This document shows positions 24,457-26,842 of a stretch of DNA of 26,842 nt, piece by piece. A program made the position numbers and the translations under genes. Position 1 is the first letter of the stretch. Each line of letters begins with the position of its first letter. The DNA lies in the IMG/VR virus record IMGVR_UViG_3300033067_002099, positions 1-26,842 of that record. One strand, written 5' to 3'. The stretch is from a virus. Its lineage: Duplodnaviria; Caudoviricetes. The notes under the pieces are model-generated. The model did not search any database. It saw only the letters and a list, made by a program, of their open reading frames with translations, and was not told the origin of the DNA.

Positions 24457-24870
24457 CTACCGCCCGATCCCGTTGGCGACACGGCTGAACGTCTGCTCGA
24501 TGGCGCGGCGGACCATGCACGAATAGCACTGGCAATCCGCCGGGATCGTCGTCTCGCCGTTGCTCGGCTTGCTCGCGGTCGGCCTGGCCGGTTGCGGCGG
24601 TGCGGCCTCTGCGACCGGCTCGGATGCCTGCGGCTCAGCGTCGCGGATTGCGAGCATCGCGTCGGCGTAGCCGTAGGCGGCTCGCGCCATGCCGCGCATG
24701 ATCCGCCCGCGGTCCTCTGGCGAGACGACCAGACCGCCGAGGTCGCCGCCATCAGCCAGCCCGTTGGGTTGTGTGGTCAGCAGCGGCAACCGGCCGATGC
24801 AGGCCTGGAGCGCTACCGCCGCGTAGTGATCGCGGAGAGTGGTCTGGGACAGTGGAATTGGCTTGCTCAC
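24457..24870 (-). CDS. Conserved phage protein of the 'TLRDxFAA...AYxxADAML' type (137 aa)
   Basis: TTLRDHYAAVAL...AAYGYADAMLAIR; AAGGAG RBS before GTG. Confidence 0.82.
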   Translation of the reverse strand: MSKPIPLSQTTLRDHYAAVALQACIGRLPLLTTQPNGLADGGDLGGLVVSPEDRGRIMRGMARAAYGYADAMLAIRDAEPQASEPVAEAAPPQPARPTASKPSNGETTIPADCQCYSCMVRRAIEQTFSRVANGIGR

Positions 24871-24889
24871 GGGGTCTCCTTCGGGGGTG

Positions 24890-24964
24890 AAAAAGGTGCG
24901 GGCTGGCCCGACCCGTTCCTGGCCACGCGTGCCCAGTGCCGCGTGAAGCCGCGGGCCAGCCCGC
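24890..24964 (-). terminator. Large hairpin plus U-tract; terminator or attenuator candidate
   Basis: 13-bp perfect stem 24898-24910/24952-24964, inner CACGCG/CGCGTG, followed by ACCTTTTT. Confidence 0.5.
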
Positions 24965-24971
24965 TGAATCG

Positions 24972-25307
24972 TCAGTCGCCGCCGGCCGCGACGTGGCAAG
25001 CCCACGCCTGCTGCCCGGGGTGCGTCTCCGGGTCGTAGCTGATGCGCCCGTCGATCATGGCGGCACGATCATCGTCGGTGGCCACACGGACGATCTCGCC
25101 GTTGCGGTCGTAGGTGCCGCCGACCGGGCACCGCTGGACATGAGCGACACCGTTGACCCAGGTAATGCGGTGGTGGTATCGCACCGCCGGCTCGCCGAAC
25201 CGCTCTCGCTGCTGGTCGCGCCGCTCCATCGCGGCCGCGGAATCCTCACGCTCGCGGTGCTCGCGGAGGTCGTTGGTGGTCCGTACGCCGTGCATGAACA
25301 GGCTCAT
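24972..25307 (-). CDS. Hypothetical protein (111 aa)
   Basis: TGATG coupling, GGAGA RBS. Confidence 0.65.
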   Translation of the reverse strand: MSLFMHGVRTTNDLREHREREDSAAAMERRDQQRERFGEPAVRYHHRITWVNGVAHVQRCPVGGTYDRNGEIVRVATDDDRAAMIDGRISYDPETHPGQQAWACHVAAGGD

Positions 25308-25576
25308 CAGATCTCTCCGTTGCGGCCCATCAGCCGACGGGCCTGGTACACCGCCGCCTTCGCCCGCTGGAGCACACCGCCGCCGGCCGCACACGCAGCC
25401 GCCAGTTCGTCGGCGAAGACCGTGCGGTCGCTGCCGCGACCCCGCTTGTCGGCGGGCCGCATGTCGGTGAACACGCCCTGCCAGTGCCGCTCGAACGACT
25501 TCTCGGTGATGCCGAGCAACTCGCAGGCGTCCCGCTTCGCGATGAGGCCCACGATCTTGGGTGCGACCTTCGGCAT
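25307..25576 (-). CDS. Excisionase-like HTH protein (89 aa)
   Basis: LIAKRDACELLGITEKSFER...RTVFADEL, a MerR/Xis-like pattern; GAGGAG RBS; near the integrase. Confidence 0.65.
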   Translation of the reverse strand: MPKVAPKIVGLIAKRDACELLGITEKSFERHWQGVFTDMRPADKRGRGSDRTVFADELAAACAAGGGVLQRAKAAVYQARRLMGRNGEI

Positions 25577-25597
25577 GGGTCAGGCTCCTCTGGTGGG

Positions 25598-25619
25598 GAG
25601 GTGCGTGCGCACGCACCTC
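25598..25619. repeat. Palindrome copy 5: GAG-GTGCGTGCGCACGCAC-CTC
   Basis: Perfect 22-bp palindrome between the first early gene and the xis-like gene. Confidence 0.92.
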
Positions 25620-25830
25620 AGCCGACGGGGTTGCCGAGTTCGTTCGCTGATGCTGCCGCCTCGATCACCGCGGCATAAGCGGTGTCGATTTCGCTTCCGG
25701 CAAGCTCGACAAGAACGTCGCCCATCGTCTTCCGTCGCGCCTGAGCGATGACTCGGAGGCGCTGGACAAACGCCGCCGGCAAGCGAACCAGATCGGTCTT
25801 CCCAGACTGTTCAGCAACAGGCGGCGGCAT
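25618..25830 (-). CDS. Ribbon-helix-helix-like regulator (Cro position, 70 aa)
   Basis: TDLVRLP-AAFVQRLRVIAQARRKTMGDVLVEL fits strand-helix-helix; GAGG RBS; first gene after the promoter. Confidence 0.65.
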   Translation of the reverse strand: MPPPVAEQSGKTDLVRLPAAFVQRLRVIAQARRKTMGDVLVELAGSEIDTAYAAVIEAAASANELGNPVG

Positions 25831-25864
25831 GTGTTCCTCGTGTATCGCGTTCGTGTTCGCTGAA

Positions 25865-25892
25865 AGTGTAACAGTTGATGTGAAACTGTCAA
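25865..25892 (-). promoter_or_regulatory. Sigma70-type early promoter with overlapping operator
   Basis: TTGACA-16 bp-TACACT with extended TG; the inverted repeat ACAGTT-N7-AACTGT (25871-25889) overlaps it. Confidence 0.8.
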
Positions 25893-25994
25893 GCAGAAAA
25901 GTTTATCGGTACTTGTGCGAATAAACAGAAGTGGCGAAACTGAAGCAGTTACGTGCAGGAGAAAAACACCATGTTGTGCGCCACGAGGTCACGT

Positions 25995-26264
25995 ATGGCG
26001 GGCACGAAAGGCGGGCGGCCGCCGAAGAACGCTGGCGATGGCAGCACTCACCCAGTGCGAGTGTTTACGGACACAGCGCAGAAGGCGATTGACCTGTCGG
26101 ACTTGTACGGGCTTTCTACGGCCAACATCCTCGACCCGATGATTCGCGATATGGTCGAGGAGAAGTGGGAAAAGAACAAAGCGGCCATCGAGAAAATGAA
26201 GGCGCTGGACAAGGAAAAGGAGCGGGTTAGGCAGCAGGCTGGGAAGAAGAAGCCGCAAGACTAA
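25995..26264 (+). CDS. Ribbon-helix-helix-like regulator (repressor position, 89 aa)
   Basis: GAGGT RBS; GGRPPK...THPVRVFTDTAQKAIDLSDLYGLSTANILDPMIR; divergent from the early operon. Confidence 0.68.
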   Translation: MAGTKGGRPPKNAGDGSTHPVRVFTDTAQKAIDLSDLYGLSTANILDPMIRDMVEEKWEKNKAAIEKMKALDKEKERVRQQAGKKKPQD

Positions 26265-26448
26265 CAACGCATCGGTCCATCGGCTTGTCGATACCGCGAT
26301 CCACCAACACGGACGCTGACTGCGCATCCGCCGCGTACCTCTCCACCCAGGCCCGCACCGTCGCCAGCATGAGCGCATGCAGGTCGGGTTCCACGGCGAG
26401 CATCTCGGCAAGGCGGGCGTTGGCGGCGTTGGCGGCTTCGGTGGTCAT
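26227..26448 (-). CDS. Hypothetical protein (73 aa)
   Basis: AGGA RBS; helical N-terminus; convergent overlap with the regulator. Confidence 0.45.
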   Translation of the reverse strand: MTTEAANAANARLAEMLAVEPDLHALMLATVRAWVERYAADAQSASVLVDRGIDKPMDRCVVSLAASSSQPAA

Positions 26449-26574
26449 GGGCGGTCCTACGGAGATAGTGTACACGTCTTCACTAATGCTACCTTCGTTC
26501 CGCACGGCCGCATCACGTCGGTTGCATCCATTCCACCGGTTTGGGTGTGCGTTCCCTCTCCCTGAGCTCGCAAC

Positions 26575-26842
26575 ATGGGTCGCATCTTCCGCCCCTGGTA
26601 CAAGCACCGGCGTACCGGCGAGCGCGTCACGGTGAAGGCGTGGTACGCCGAATGGCAGGGAGCCGACGGCAAGACGCACCGCAAGAAGGTCGGCGCGAAG
26701 AACCTCGCGCAGAGCTACCTCGCGCGGAAGCTCGACGAGGTCGAGCGCCAGCGGGCCGGGATCGCGCCGCCGCCGTCCGCCGATGGGCTGGCCCCGCTCT
26801 CGGTCCTGCTCGACGAGTACCTCCGCGACCTCGCAGCCCGCG
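26575..26842 (+). CDS. Probable tyrosine integrase, N-terminal part (runs off the right edge)
   Basis: MGRIFRPWYK...WYAEWQGADGKTHRKK...ARKLDEVERQRAGI...PLSVLLDEYLRDL resembles arm-binding plus core-binding start; catalytic domain not in the window. Confidence 0.75.
   Translation, partial: MGRIFRPWYKHRRTGERVTVKAWYAEWQGADGKTHRKKVGAKNLAQSYLARKLDEVERQRAGIAPPPSADGLAPLSVLLDEYLRDLAAR

Larger units (their letters stand above)
1..26842. mobile_element. Temperate prophage (partial; both ends outside the window)
   Basis: Integrase N-terminus, excisionase-like, RecT, helicase, TerS/TerL, protease, decoration and capsid genes in phage-like order with many ATGA/GTGA stop-start overlaps. Confidence 0.93.

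Noticed and set aside
23876-24535. 219-aa ORF spanning the RNA cassette
   Set aside because: Only the last 67 codons have an RBS and natural composition; the upstream part overlaps another gene and the structured RNA
5670-25619. CRISPR array or DGR explanation for the repeats
   Set aside because: Copies are kilobases apart with no spacer periodicity; no cas or reverse transcriptase gene and no TR/VR pair seen

Overview
GC-rich temperate prophage segment, most likely from a planctomycete (inferred from the planctomycete-type N-terminus of the RTX-repeat protein). From right to left: the 5' end of a probable tyrosine integrase, a divergent pair of small ribbon-helix-helix-like regulators around a sigma70 promoter, and an excisionase-like gene. 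A long minus-strand early/middle operon follows (RecT, tRNA-CAT, DUF3987-type helicase next to an origin-like inverted repeat, RdgC-like, VRR-NUC, large ParB, many small Cys-rich ORFs). Then come TerS/TerL, a two-gene plus-strand island where a portal would be expected, a Mu-type prohead protease/scaffold, head decoration, major capsid, small virion proteins and an RTX Ca-binding protein. Most notable: (1) a ~170-nt tRNA-shaped RNA (24199-24368, minus) with acceptor, D-like and T arms but a large branched domain replacing the anticodon loop, inside a ~375-nt structured non-coding block; (2) a 16-bp palindrome GTGCGTGCGCACGCAC in 5 copies, three inside coding linkers including parB itself (candidate parS/KorB-type operator); (3) an atypical tRNA-CAT with a structured leader. 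All protein calls come from motif recognition by eye; no database searches were run.
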